Origin: a virus
Taxonomy: Duplodnaviria > Caudoviricetes
Length of the DNA: 43,656 nucleotides
Reading direction: 5' to 3' (one strand)
IMG/VR virus record: IMGVR_UViG_3300033076_000794
Location: 1 to 43,656 of that record
Notes under the pieces: model-generated
What the model was told of the DNA's origin: nothing
Seen by the model: only the letters and a program-made list of their open reading frames with translations
The model's database searches: none
Shown here: one piece after another, positions 27,935-37,373 of the stretch
Layout of the letters: the number at the start of each line of letters is the position of its first letter
Position numbering within the stretch: position 1 is the stretch's first letter
Position numbers and translations under genes: made by a program

Positions 27935-27946
27935 TGTGGCTCCAGG

Positions 27947-28621
27947 TTACGATTGTTGCGAGCCATACAGCCGATCCCACGGCTGTTTGGCCCCTTCTGT
28001 CTGACGCCCACCGATGTAGCCGTCCGACGTGATTTCCTTGCCGATCCGATGCAGCAGGCGGATAACTTCGGGGTGATTGCCAAGGCCTGACGTGTCAAGC
28101 AGCGTCTTCAGCTCCGGCGAGCCAAACGAATCGAGCCCCTTGCGCGCCAACCCAAGATTGGCCTCAAAAGCCGACCCGCCAAGGTCTTTGTCGGCCTTGA
28201 CAGCGGCAACCCACTCCGCATGAATGGCTTTGACGGCCTCGGCCTGCCTTGCCTGCATTGCGGGAATGACCTCAGCCAAAACGCCCTGAGCCGCCTCTTG
28301 CGTCAAGTTGAACTTTTTTGCAGACGCGCCGAATGCATCCAGAACAGCCGAGTCAACCTGGTGCCCGTCAGGCACCTTGAAGTCGTACTTTTCAGGGGCG
28401 CCCTGCGGCTTGGGCTCTTGCTGCTTTTCGTCAGGGCTGTTGCCGTTGGCGGCATTTTCAGCAGAAGCCGAAGCCGCCTGCTGAGTCAAAAAGCTTGCGC
28501 CTTCTTGCTGGGGCTGGCTTTGCGCGGCCGGCGCAGTGCCGCCTGCATTTGCCTGTGCTGCTGGTGCTGCCGCTTGCGTGGTTTGCGCGGCGTCACTCAT
28601 CAGGGTTGCTGCTTCGCTCAT
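27947..28621 (-). CDS. capsid scaffolding protein
   Basis: Ala/Gln-rich N-terminus, APEKYDFK, GLGNHPEVIR; upstream of capsid. Confidence 0.85.
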   Translation of the reverse strand: MSEAATLMSDAAQTTQAAAPAAQANAGGTAPAAQSQPQQEGASFLTQQAASASAENAANGNSPDEKQQEPKPQGAPEKYDFKVPDGHQVDSAVLDAFGASAKKFNLTQEAAQGVLAEVIPAMQARQAEAVKAIHAEWVAAVKADKDLGGSAFEANLGLARKGLDSFGSPELKTLLDTSGLGNHPEVIRLLHRIGKEITSDGYIGGRQTEGAKQPWDRLYGSQQS

Positions 28622-28937
28622 CGGGCTGAGCCTCTCGGACCATGGTTGGGTAGGCGTCCGCGCAGTGCTCGTGCACCAGATCAAGCAGTCGTAAGCCTGA
28701 ATTTCTGGCGCCCTCGTTGAAGGCCATGGTCATCGAGTTTGCGTTGAAGCTCGATCGGTACACGCCGGCCTGAGCAAGAAAGCGCCAAACAATCCGGCGC
28801 CCTCGTCTGCTGGACATCAGCCACTTGACGTCAGCCGCTTCGACCTTTCGATCATCTTTTGCGCGGCGCTGTCGCTCGCGCTCGGCCGACTCATGGTCGG
28901 CTATGCTCGTAGGGTCGATGTGCTGGCGCTCTGGCAT
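28593..28937 (-). CDS. Bbp19-like protein
   Basis: DVKWLMSSRRGRRIVWRFL..AGVY...MAFNEG.RN.GL. Confidence 0.85.
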   Translation of the reverse strand: MPERQHIDPTSIADHESAERERQRRAKDDRKVEAADVKWLMSSRRGRRIVWRFLAQAGVYRSSFNANSMTMAFNEGARNSGLRLLDLVHEHCADAYPTMVREAQPDERSSNPDE

Positions 28938-28943
28938 TGCGCC

Positions 28944-28978
28944 AGACTAGGCGCGGCGCGGCCTGCTGCGTATACGGA
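28944..28978 (-). promoter_or_regulatory. putative late promoter (TCCGTATACGCA-17 bp-TAGTCT)
   Basis: Identical 12-mer and spacing to 14946-14980; ATG lies 6 nt past the -10. Confidence 0.6.
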
Positions 28979-29332
28979 TCAAAAACCAGGCGTTAGCGTC
29001 ACAGCCACACGATTCCCGGCTGCGTCAACGGTCGAAGTGACGCGCACCTGATTGCCGCCAGCCGCCGTGAATACCTCGGTTCCGGTGCCGGCACCGGACA
29101 CCTTGCCAAGCAACACGGCAGCCATCATGCGCAATGCTTGGTCGTGCGTCATGTTGTTGTCCAGCACGGCATTAAGAGACCTCACGCCAGAATGCGCCCA
29201 TACGGCAGAAGCTATTGCTTGCACTCCTGTCGTATCGCCGCAAACTACAGCGCCTTTTGCGTTTCTTAATCTTGCAATTGAATTGCAAATCCCTCCGGAG
29301 AGGATAACTCTTGAAATAGAAATGGCTGCCAT
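28979..29332 (-). CDS. putative virion accessory protein
   Basis: C-terminal ALRMMAAVLLGKVSGAGTGTEVF...RVTSTVDAAGNR. Confidence 0.7.
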   Translation of the reverse strand: MAAISISRVILSGGICNSIARLRNAKGAVVCGDTTGVQAIASAVWAHSGVRSLNAVLDNNMTHDQALRMMAAVLLGKVSGAGTGTEVFTAAGGNQVRVTSTVDAAGNRVAVTLTPGF

Positions 29333-30291
29333 CACAAAGCAATCGCTAAAGGTGCAAGACCAACCCCGCTAGATGCGCGCAGGACCATACAATTTACTGT
29401 GGTCGATGATTTTGCAGAATAGAATCCATCGGCATCGATAGGGATGCTGACCGTATCAAACTGGGCTGCCGCGCCTTGCGGCATAGCAAAGAGGCCGAAT
29501 ATCCTGCCTCGCACCTCTACCGTTGACGTGGTGTGCGACCCAAGGGTGACGACAAGATTGCTTGCAAGCGGCCTCCCGTCAACAGAATTGATTGATGCCA
29601 CCGCCCCCCAATTACCCCCGTGAGCTGCACGCACGCCCATTTCTGGCAGTAGCAGGCCACCGTACTGAGCATTGGAGTCGCCGACAGCGCCGGCAAATGA
29701 CCGCGGAACCGAAACCGCGTTGAAGGAATATCCGATATGGCCCATAGCGGACCACACGACAGCCGGACTCCCGCCTGCAAGCGTGTCGGAGGCGTTGTCT
29801 CTGGCCGTCTCAAAAACGCCGGTTGCGCCACCATCATTCGAGCATCCGTACCCGGCTGGCGTGCTAGAAAGGATTGCCAAGTACCGCTGAGAGCAAAAAA
29901 CGTACAAAGCGCCGCCGTTGCTGGTGTCTAGCCGCTGCGAATTCTGCGCCGCAGTAGCCAACGAGGTCCCGACCCAGTTGTCGGTCGCCTTATTGGTGCC
30001 GACATGGGTTGAGCTATTCCACGACTCGTATGCACGCAGAAAAATGTATCCAGCTGTTGCCGTATCAATCGTTACGTATTTGTAATGAGATGCCGTTCCA
30101 GAAGTCCCGCCAACATACAAAGCGCGATAACAGCCAACCCCTGCGCCTGCCGTGCCGTATGGGTCAAAAACTTCCCAGCCCTTGCCGGTAATAAATGCCT
30201 CCAGAGCCGACACAATGCCAGCAGCCGTATCACCGGCTTGATAATCAATCCTGCATGACGCAGTTCCAAGATTAGTTGTGGTGATAGCCAT
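29332..30291 (-). CDS. putative head fibre/virion structural protein
   Basis: 319 aa, Gly/Ser/Thr-rich beta-type composition, within head-gene cassette. Confidence 0.7.
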   Translation of the reverse strand: MAITTTNLGTASCRIDYQAGDTAAGIVSALEAFITGKGWEVFDPYGTAGAGVGCYRALYVGGTSGTASHYKYVTIDTATAGYIFLRAYESWNSSTHVGTNKATDNWVGTSLATAAQNSQRLDTSNGGALYVFCSQRYLAILSSTPAGYGCSNDGGATGVFETARDNASDTLAGGSPAVVWSAMGHIGYSFNAVSVPRSFAGAVGDSNAQYGGLLLPEMGVRAAHGGNWGAVASINSVDGRPLASNLVVTLGSHTTSTVEVRGRIFGLFAMPQGAAAQFDTVSIPIDADGFYSAKSSTTVNCMVLRASSGVGLAPLAIAL

Positions 30292-30574
30292 TTTCTACCT
30301 CGGCAAGCCTTTTCCGCGCATTCTCAAGATTGATAGCAAGAATCCGCCTTTGGTCCTGGCTGGGATGGTTGGCTTTTGCCCATCCTAGCAGCTCTTGATC
30401 AGGTACATCCGGCAGCGCGTCAAGCGCCGCTTGCGCATCTGCTACAGCCTGACGCGCTTCGTGAAGATCCCACGGCACAAGCGCGCCTGCGCTGATCGGA
30501 GTCCACTGGCCGTTCACCAGTTCGGTTGCATCATCAGGCGCCCAAAACACCAGGCCATTGCGCTCAATTCGCAT
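30272..30574 (-). CDS. hypothetical protein
   Basis: TAATG overlap; packed in operon. Confidence 0.7.
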   Translation of the reverse strand: MRIERNGLVFWAPDDATELVNGQWTPISAGALVPWDLHEARQAVADAQAALDALPDVPDQELLGWAKANHPSQDQRRILAINLENARKRLAEVENGYHHN

Positions 30575-31062
30575 TACAGCCCCAGACGTGCGGCAAGCTC
30601 TGCCTTGATCTGTTCCGCCTTCGCCACAGCCTCGGCAACGATCGCCTCAGCATCATTGCGAGCCTTGCCAAGCATAGACTCAGCCTCGGACTTGGCGCGA
30701 TCAGCAGCCGCGCGCAAGCCCAGGTGATCAGCCAGCTTCTTATCGGCGTCTGCCGCTTTTTGCTTGGCAGAAGCAAGGCGCTCCGACGCCTCTGACAGCA
30801 GAGTTTCCGCGTCTGACTTGGCCTTTGCAACAACCTCGGCGGCCTCAGACTCTGCAGCTTCTTTGGTTGCTTTTGCCTTGACCAGCATGTCCGACGCCTT
30901 GGCCTTCATGTCATCAGCTTGCTTGCTTGCAATAGCCGCCTTTGCTTGCATATCACTCAGGTCACGCAGCCCGTCAGCCAACTTGTCAGCATGCGCAAGA
31001 CCTGCAAACATCGCCCCGAACGTCCGAAGCGCGTCAAGAGATTTTTTCAGATCGTCATCCAT
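30574..31062 (-). CDS. Ala/Lys-rich coiled-coil protein
   Basis: Repeated AK..A...L..A helical pattern. Confidence 0.75.
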   Translation of the reverse strand: MDDDLKKSLDALRTFGAMFAGLAHADKLADGLRDLSDMQAKAAIASKQADDMKAKASDMLVKAKATKEAAESEAAEVVAKAKSDAETLLSEASERLASAKQKAADADKKLADHLGLRAAADRAKSEAESMLGKARNDAEAIVAEAVAKAEQIKAELAARLGL

Positions 31063-31063
31063 T

Positions 31064-31369
31064 TCACGGCCTCAGCAAAACAAACAAAGTGCCCGTGCCC
31101 TCGGGCTTGATATACATCGGATGCTGCGCGCTGACATGCAGTCCAGCACCAGAAAACCGCATTTGGCGCCCAAGGCCGTCCGTCAAAGGATGAAACGAGG
31201 ATCCATCATTGCTGCCCTTGAGCATCCCGACAAAATTTTCAGAGCTTGCAGCATCGATGCGTGCGTCAGGCACAGAAGCCGCAACAGCCTCATCCCCCTC
31301 CGCAAGGGTCCAGCTCACCATCATTGCAGTGCGCCCAACATTTTTTACTTCTGGCAAGACTCGCGCCAT
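31064..31369 (-). CDS. hypothetical (small beta-sandwich-like) protein
   Basis: GGAGG RBS; LKGSNDG..FHPLTD..G...PMYIKP. Confidence 0.7.
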   Translation of the reverse strand: MARVLPEVKNVGRTAMMVSWTLAEGDEAVAASVPDARIDAASSENFVGMLKGSNDGSSFHPLTDGLGRQMRFSGAGLHVSAQHPMYIKPEGTGTLFVLLRP

Positions 31370-31497
31370 CTTTCAAATCCTCCGCAGGTGCAAAGCGGAA
31401 AAGTGCCTTGCACGGAAATGCCACCGCTCGCGCAGCAAGGTTTCGGGATAGACCGCGCCAACACCGAACCACAGAATCAAACCGCCGCCGATTGTCA

Positions 31498-31752
31498 TCA
31501 GTACAGCGCAACAATGTCCGTGGCCGTCGTGCCAGCAGACGTAATCATGCGAAAGCCGATCGGGATCGGGTAGCCGGCAACCATGCTCTTGAATGTCACG
31601 GTCGTATTGCCATCGCGCAGCAACCCAGTGACGTCACCGCTTTTCCCAAGATAAATCGCCCTTGGAATCGGGTTGATCATGGTGTCAAGAACAACATCCT
31701 GAGCACCTTCTACAGGATGCGGGTTTGCTGTTGTGTAATTCGGCTTTCCCAT
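31498..31752 (-). CDS. head spike base protein (RcGTA Rcc01079-like)
   Basis: RAIYLG.SGDV...G..VTF..M.AG...PI....I...GTTATDIVALY signature. Confidence 0.75.
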   Translation of the reverse strand: MGKPNYTTANPHPVEGAQDVVLDTMINPIPRAIYLGKSGDVTGLLRDGNTTVTFKSMVAGYPIPIGFRMITSAGTTATDIVALY

Positions 31753-31753
31753 A

Positions 31754-33433
31754 TCAGCTCGTATAGCCGCTGAACATATCAACGACATTGGTTAGTACGT
31801 TGTCGCCGCCAACGGGCGTTGCGGCCATGTCTCTCGCTGTCTGCGCGCCGGCTTGGGCCATCGCCATTTGCTGCTGCTGGGCTGCGGCCTGCGCTCGCTG
31901 CTGGCGAATCAAAGCGACGCGCTCAGCCCCGACAATCAGGCGAGGGTCAACGCTCAGCAGGTCGGAGTACACGTCCGCCCACGTGTCAGCGTCGAACTTG
32001 TCAAGCACATCCGGCTTAGCCTGGGCAATCGTCCCAAGGCTCATTGCAAACCGGTCAATTCCATTCGTTCCGATCGCTTTCTGAGCCTGCGCAAGCATTG
32101 AGCTGAATTCAACGGTCAGCTCTTGCCCCTGCAAATCGTCGGGTGGCGGTGGCAACGCCCCGGCTTCAAGGAGGTCGCTGAACGCGATGTCAATCAGCGG
32201 GCTCAACAACTCGTTATGCAGCCGCTCAAGCACCGGGCCCAGCATCAGCAGCTTTTCCTCGTGCCGCTCCGCAACTTCGGTGGCCGTCATGCTGGTGTTG
32301 GTGCTGTTGGCCAGCATCAGGAACAGGTCGGCGTAAAACGCCCCGTTGATGCGCTGGCGAACGTCGACGATGTCTTCGCGCAGATGATTGAGATCAAGCC
32401 GCACGTCAAACATGCTGCGAATTGCGCCAGATGGCGACGCGGCGTCGACGTAGGTAATCCCGCCTGGCAGGCGCTCAATGTCGCGATTTTTTAGCGACGT
32501 AGGCACCTGCAGCGGCGGGTTGCTCATGTAATCAATGGCCTGCGACTTTCTGAGCTGCTCGTGCTGCAGTTGCTTGATGTCGCCAAGAGCCTCCTGTCCA
32601 GGGCCCGAGCCATAGACGTCGCCGCCGATCACCTCCCACCGTGGAGCCAGACACCGGAACGTCTTCATCCCGCCTTCGTACAGCGGACGATCACCGTTCC
32701 CGCCAAGCTCAAAGACGTAATTGGCCCACGGCATATTGCGCTTGTCACGTTTGCGGTGGTCGCGGTCTCGGTCGCTTCGCGGCTCAATGGCCTGAACCAG
32801 CGGCACCCAGGCGTGCAGGTTGCCGCTTGTGTACATGCCTTGCACTGCCGTGCTGCAATTGTCGTAGCCAAATTCCGCCACGATTTCGGCAACCGTCTTT
32901 TCAAACTCGCGGTACAGCGTCACGACCTGGCTGCTGTAGTCGGTGGCAATTGCGTATTCGCCAACGGTCAGCGGATGGTGATGAATGACCGTGTTGAAGT
33001 TTGAGCTGACAACGCTAGCTGCGGTTGAAAACGCGCCAAGCTCGGTGTAGATGCTGTGCAGGGCTCGGTAAGTGTTCGACTTTTCGAACACGCGCAGCAT
33101 GATCTTTGTGACGTCAGCAAGCCAGACCTTCACGTCTTGGCTCTTTGCAAGGTCTTCATCGGGTATGCCCATGCGAAACCATGGGCGTGCCGGGCTTGTC
33201 ATTCCGGCCATCATCCCGGCCGCAAGCGTCTTGAGCGCTCGCGTTGCCGTGCTGTCGTAGATCTGATTATGCCTACGCCCGCCAAGGTTGCGGTCTTGAC
33301 GGAAATAACGCCCAGCTCTTGGCAGCAGGTAGTTGCTGATCTCTTGCCAATGAGCCATCCACGAGGATCGCTCGGCGCGCAGCTGCCCATGTCGGCGCAA
33401 CAGGTCTGTGCGAGTTTTCGAGAACTCCGGCAT
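31754..33433 (-). CDS. portal (head-tail connector) protein
   Basis: IYDSTATRAL..LAAGMMAGMTSPARPWF; YGSGPGQEALGDIKQLQ; MTATEVAERHEEKLLMLGPVLERL. Confidence 0.95.
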   Translation of the reverse strand: MPEFSKTRTDLLRRHGQLRAERSSWMAHWQEISNYLLPRAGRYFRQDRNLGGRRHNQIYDSTATRALKTLAAGMMAGMTSPARPWFRMGIPDEDLAKSQDVKVWLADVTKIMLRVFEKSNTYRALHSIYTELGAFSTAASVVSSNFNTVIHHHPLTVGEYAIATDYSSQVVTLYREFEKTVAEIVAEFGYDNCSTAVQGMYTSGNLHAWVPLVQAIEPRSDRDRDHRKRDKRNMPWANYVFELGGNGDRPLYEGGMKTFRCLAPRWEVIGGDVYGSGPGQEALGDIKQLQHEQLRKSQAIDYMSNPPLQVPTSLKNRDIERLPGGITYVDAASPSGAIRSMFDVRLDLNHLREDIVDVRQRINGAFYADLFLMLANSTNTSMTATEVAERHEEKLLMLGPVLERLHNELLSPLIDIAFSDLLEAGALPPPPDDLQGQELTVEFSSMLAQAQKAIGTNGIDRFAMSLGTIAQAKPDVLDKFDADTWADVYSDLLSVDPRLIVGAERVALIRQQRAQAAAQQQQMAMAQAGAQTARDMAATPVGGDNVLTNVVDMFSGYTS

Positions 33434-33741
33434 CACTGGCCCAACAGCGTGTTTTTGCCAAGCGCTGACGCATCAACGCCAGCCCCCATTGGGCCGGTCA
33501 GCGTTGTGCCGCCGACCCCGGCCCCAGCTGCACCCAGGTTGGCGGCCATCAGCGCGGCGATGTTGGGCTTTTTGGCGTTTGCCTTGTTTGTTGCCTGCTC
33601 GGCGTCGCTTGCTGCCTTTTGCGCGGCCTGCTCGTTGGCGCGCTGCGCCGCCTTTTGGGCGCTCAGCTGCTTGCTGCCCTGAATGCCACCAAGAATTGTC
33701 CCGGCCGCCATCAGGCCGAGCGAGATAGGGTCAAAGCCCAT
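33433..33741 (-). CDS. small virion assembly protein
   Basis: C-terminal TTLTGPMG...LGKNTLLGQ typical of the gene preceding this portal type. Confidence 0.8.
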   Translation of the reverse strand: MGFDPISLGLMAAGTILGGIQGSKQLSAQKAAQRANEQAAQKAASDAEQATNKANAKKPNIAALMAANLGAAGAGVGGTTLTGPMGAGVDASALGKNTLLGQ

Positions 33742-34184
33742 CAAAACCTCTTGATCATTGACACGTCCAAAGGCTGGTAGCCGCGCCGTTCAGAAAACAC
33801 GCCAACAGCTGCCGATCCAGCACGCAGGCCCCAAACAAACGCCGTAGCGCCGCGCTTTCTGGCTTCGTCCTCAGCCATCAGAATCATTCGCCCGACGCCA
33901 AGCGAGCCCCTGTACTGCGATGACACGAACAGCGCTCGATTTGACGCCCACACCTCACGAGCCGCCAAATCGTGCTTGCAAACCGTCGCCATCAAGTAGG
34001 CGACCAGCGAGCCGCCAACCGTCCCGGCAATCGCAAACAGCATGCCCTGAGCATGCAGGGCTTGGTACAACGACAGATCGGGCGCCAGATCAGACCCAGA
34101 AACCCCAGTTTCGGCCCAGTGCTCGGCAGCCAGGGCGGAGGCCTGCGGCCACCATTGGACAGGGTCGACAAGCTGTAACTTCAT
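33741..34184 (-). CDS. GNAT-family acetyltransferase
   Basis: LFVSSQYRGSLG..MI..AEDEARKRGA acetyl-CoA motif. Confidence 0.8.
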   Translation of the reverse strand: MKLQLVDPVQWWPQASALAAEHWAETGVSGSDLAPDLSLYQALHAQGMLFAIAGTVGGSLVAYLMATVCKHDLAAREVWASNRALFVSSQYRGSLGVGRMILMAEDEARKRGATAFVWGLRAGSAAVGVFSERRGYQPLDVSMIKRF

Positions 34185-34190
34185 TCCGGC

Positions 34191-34226
34191 ACGGTGCCCG
34201 CTACACAAAGGGCGTGCGTACACGGA
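34191..34226 (-). promoter_or_regulatory. putative late promoter (variant TCCGTGTACGCA)
   Basis: 11/12 match to the motif; weak -10 (CACCGT, 18-bp spacer) 6 nt before the GNAT ATG. Confidence 0.45.
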
Positions 34227-34229
34227 TCG

Positions 34230-35765
34230 CTATATCAACGCCATAGGGTCATAGTCACGGCTTTGACGATTGCGCCCGCTGTCATGGCTTCCCGGCGCAT
34301 CTTCGACCGGATATGCAAATGTCAGAGCAAGCGCGTCACCGGCATCCGGCGAAGCAAGGCCACGCCGCTTCATGGCCTCTTTTGGCTCAAGCAAAATGGT
34401 GTCGTCAGGCCGGAAGCTGTATTCCGGCGACGTCAGGTCAGTGACCAATTCTTGGTCTTTTGGCAGGCTTCCAGTTTTGAGCCATTCCTTCATGGCCCCC
34501 CACATTTCCGCGCGCTTGTTTGCATACTTGCGGGAGTTGTCTGGCTTGCCGCCAAATTGAACTTCGATCGCGTCAAGGTTGAGCTGCCGAAGTCTGTCGA
34601 CAACGCCCCCGCCAACCCCGCCGCCGTCCACAAACACCACCGGCCGCAGCCCAGCTTGCTTGAGGTCGCGCACATGCTCAAGCACCTTAGACGCAAGCTG
34701 CATCGTGTCAATCTTCCCAAAGCGCTTTAATGGCCACGATGCATCACGCCCCACCCTGGTCGCAATGCACGATTGGTCATCCCCGAATCGCGCCACGTCG
34801 ACGCCAACAGCAGCCGATAGCCCGACTTGCCGAACATGCGCCGGCTTGCGCAGCGCGGCATCGTCTACCAAGTCGCGCGGGATGAATTGCAGCGAACTTG
34901 CGCGCGGAAACACCCCGCGAACGCGGACCCGCACAAAGTCTGAATCCTCGCCCTCATCATCGACCCACTGCTGGATCTGCTGCTTGTTGGTGATTTGGAC
35001 GGTTCGGCTGTCGATCTGGCGACCTGACCACCGGTGCCGCAGCTTGTTGAAGCACTCGAAGAACCGGCCGGTGTTCCTTGTTGGGTTGCCAAACACAAAC
35101 CAAAACGGCTCCCCGTCAGTCATGCCGCCCTCGGCAACCTCCCAAATCTTGTCCGGGACTGCAGACGCTTCGTCGAAGATGTAGAAGGGGCTGCTATTTG
35201 CCGCGTGAAGGCCCGCAAAAGATTCGGAGTTTTCTTCGCGGCACGTCTGTGCATCCAACCGCCAGGCTTCGGGATACTGGCGGCTTGTCATGCGCATGGC
35301 CCCCTTCCCGGTGGTGACTGAAAACCAGTGCCCGGTGATGCAGCGCTTGTTCCACTTGGCAATCTCCGCCCACGTCTTTGACGCAAGCTGTTCTGCAGTA
35401 TTTGCCGTCACCACGCCCTTGCAAAACGGGCGCGTGCTCATGATCCAATGGCAAAGCATGGCCGTAAATGCCGACTTCCCAATACCGTGACCAGAGCTGA
35501 CCGCATGGCGCTGCGGCAAGACCGGGCTCTTTCCGTCAAACCCTCGCTGTCGGCACTGCTCGCCAATGTCGTCAAACATCCGGCACGCCCATTCATCAGG
35601 GCCGTATCGGCTGTCATACCGGCTTGCCCATGGCTCTACCAACTCACAAATCTGCAGCGCAGGGTCGTTGTCCCAGTCAAACGCGTACATGACAAACCCC
35701 AGCGGGTCGTCAAAAAACGCGGCCATGTCTTCGGCCAGCATGGCGTCGTAGTCGTCACTTGCCAT
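34230..35765 (-). CDS. terL: terminase large subunit
   Basis: Walker A SGHGIGKS, Walker B YIFDEAS, GNPTR, nuclease GVDVARFGDD and SPDAGDALALTFA. Confidence 0.95.
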   Translation of the reverse strand: MASDDYDAMLAEDMAAFFDDPLGFVMYAFDWDNDPALQICELVEPWASRYDSRYGPDEWACRMFDDIGEQCRQRGFDGKSPVLPQRHAVSSGHGIGKSAFTAMLCHWIMSTRPFCKGVVTANTAEQLASKTWAEIAKWNKRCITGHWFSVTTGKGAMRMTSRQYPEAWRLDAQTCREENSESFAGLHAANSSPFYIFDEASAVPDKIWEVAEGGMTDGEPFWFVFGNPTRNTGRFFECFNKLRHRWSGRQIDSRTVQITNKQQIQQWVDDEGEDSDFVRVRVRGVFPRASSLQFIPRDLVDDAALRKPAHVRQVGLSAAVGVDVARFGDDQSCIATRVGRDASWPLKRFGKIDTMQLASKVLEHVRDLKQAGLRPVVFVDGGGVGGGVVDRLRQLNLDAIEVQFGGKPDNSRKYANKRAEMWGAMKEWLKTGSLPKDQELVTDLTSPEYSFRPDDTILLEPKEAMKRRGLASPDAGDALALTFAYPVEDAPGSHDSGRNRQSRDYDPMALI

Positions 35766-36201
35766 CGCCGCCCTTTTTTGCCGTGCGACGACGCGCAGCC
35801 AGGATCGCAGACGCTGTGTCTGTAATCTCCGCCTCAATCTTTTGCGTGTCGCGATACCTCGGCGACCACTTAGCCAACAGCTTCAGCCGCGTGTCTATCC
35901 GCAGCGCGGATCGTTTGACGTGATCCCCGTTGACGTCCTCGCCGCTGTCGGCGATCTGCTTGCACTCATCAGCAATCGCATCGAAGCCAAAATCGCGTGC
36001 GCGCGCGAACCGTTCCGCAAAGGCCTTGTCAGTATTGACCCATTCATAAATCGTTACCCTGCCAGGGTTTCCATCAATCCGGCAAAACTCGGCAACCGTG
36101 CCGCCTTGCATCATGTGCAAGCACAGTTCATCCATGACGCGCTCGGAGTCCGGGAACGCCCGCCCTGGCGGCCTGCCAATCCTCTTTTTCTCACCGGCCA
36201 T
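35755..36201 (-). CDS. terS: terminase small subunit
   Basis: GRP...C...G.P...TIYEW...FAERFARAR..G...IAD...LRIDTRLKLLAKWSP. Confidence 0.88.
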   Translation of the reverse strand: MAGEKKRIGRPPGRAFPDSERVMDELCLHMMQGGTVAEFCRIDGNPGRVTIYEWVNTDKAFAERFARARDFGFDAIADECKQIADSGEDVNGDHVKRSALRIDTRLKLLAKWSPRYRDTQKIEAEITDTASAILAARRRTAKKGGDGK

Positions 36202-36631
36202 TTTCGCCCCCAGCCAACGAGGATCGCGCCTCGCCGTGAACCCACCCAAACACCGTCTGCACCGGTGCGCCAATGTCTTTTGCAACGGCTTTCATCGACT
36301 CGCCAGCGGCCACGCGGGCAATGGCTGCCCGAACAGCGCTGTCATCAAACCGTGCCCGGTGATGCCCGGCGCCTTTCTTTGCCGGGTTTTGCATAGGCCC
36401 ATGGCTGTATGAGCCAATTTCAATCACTTTTGCCGGGATTGACCCCCTCCGCCGACCGCTTACCCAATGGCCAACAGCCCCATGGGTGACGTCAAATTTC
36501 CTTGCTATTTCTCGCAGCGACAGCCCTTGTTCGTGCAACTGGCAGGCTAGCGCAACTTCCCGATCGGTGGTTTTTGCCAGCGCGTGAGCTTGGCCGCACG
36601 GCTTGTTTTGATGGTTCACAGCAATCAGCAC
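36191..36631 (-). CDS. tandem helix-turn-helix protein (candidate late regulator)
   Basis: GLSLREIARKFDVTHGAVGHWV and GESMKAVAKDIGAPVQTVFGWV. Confidence 0.75.
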   Translation of the reverse strand: MLIAVNHQNKPCGQAHALAKTTDREVALACQLHEQGLSLREIARKFDVTHGAVGHWVSGRRRGSIPAKVIEIGSYSHGPMQNPAKKGAGHHRARFDDSAVRAAIARVAAGESMKAVAKDIGAPVQTVFGWVHGEARSSLAGGENGR

Positions 36632-36632
36632 G

Positions 36633-36812
36633 TCACGCTCCTTCCTGGCGGAATTTCTCGGGGTGTCGCAATGTCACCGCATCGATGGCTTCGTCAATGA
36701 TTTTGCGGCGCTCAAAATCTGATTTCCCTTGAGCGAGTTCCCAGGCCTTGCGCAGCTTTGCGCGAGCGTTTGGCGGCAAGACGTTGTGTTCAATCGAGTG
36801 CGTCGTATTCAT
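36633..36812 (-). CDS. hypothetical protein
   Basis: GGAGG RBS; VLPP.AR..L...R...IDEAI..V..RHPEKF. Confidence 0.65.
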   Translation of the reverse strand: MNTTHSIEHNVLPPNARAKLRKAWELAQGKSDFERRKIIDEAIDAVTLRHPEKFRQEGA

Positions 36813-36831
36813 GCCGTCTTTCCCTCCCATA

Positions 36832-37254
36832 TCACTGGGTTGAAACCCTGGCGACCACGTCAACACGCGGCCGGTCTGAATACCGCTTGCCAGCCGCCAA
36901 ATCAACGACCTGGCTATCGTCGCGCCAGACGATCCCATTCATGCCGTCTTTGACGGCCTTGACGATGTTGTCAAGATCCGGGCGGCCCGTTGGGCGCAGG
37001 CTTCCGGCCAAAGCGTCAGCCTGCTTCTTCTTCGGCCAGCTCGGCGGGATCGGCAAAAACGCGATGACCGTCAGCTCGATAGGGCCATCCATTGGCGCAG
37101 CGCCTGCCATTGCCTGGGCCGCAAAAAGCCGCACGCTTGACTCGTAGGCCTCGGTCTTTTTCGGCGTGAAGTGCCCGACCTTGCCGCCACGCACAAACGC
37201 CCTTGCGCGGCCCTTTGCAACCGGCGGTCCAGGGATTTCGAACTGAATGCTCAT
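36832..37254 (-). CDS. rusA: RusA-family Holliday junction resolvase
   Basis: PGPPVAKGRAR...RPDLDNIVKAVKDGMNGIVWRDDSQVV. Confidence 0.93.
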   Translation of the reverse strand: MSIQFEIPGPPVAKGRARAFVRGGKVGHFTPKKTEAYESSVRLFAAQAMAGAAPMDGPIELTVIAFLPIPPSWPKKKQADALAGSLRPTGRPDLDNIVKAVKDGMNGIVWRDDSQVVDLAAGKRYSDRPRVDVVARVSTQ

Positions 37255-37373
37255 TGCAGCCCCTCCGCCACCCAGGGCGCCGCGTCCATCATCCGAAAGC
37301 CTTTCGGGATCAGCGCATCGGTGCACGCGCTGACGAGCGACAGGCACAGCACCATGATTGCCGCCGCCTTCAT
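37251..37373 (-). CDS. small putative lipoprotein (40 aa, not in ORF track)
   Basis: MKAAAIMVLCLSLVSA-C lipobox-like; ATGA overlaps at both ends. Confidence 0.5.
   Translation of the reverse strand: MKAAAIMVLCLSLVSACTDALIPKGFRMMDAAPWVAEGLQ

Noticed and set aside
15518-28090. Long + strand ORFs (15518-16678, 17150-18121, 19805-21100, 26843-28090)
   Set aside because: Antisense shadows of GC-rich structural genes, with no motifs recognised
31404-31416. Fourth copy of the late-promoter motif (TCCGTGCAAGGCA, minus strand)
   Set aside because: Only a partial match and no convincing -10 at the expected spacing
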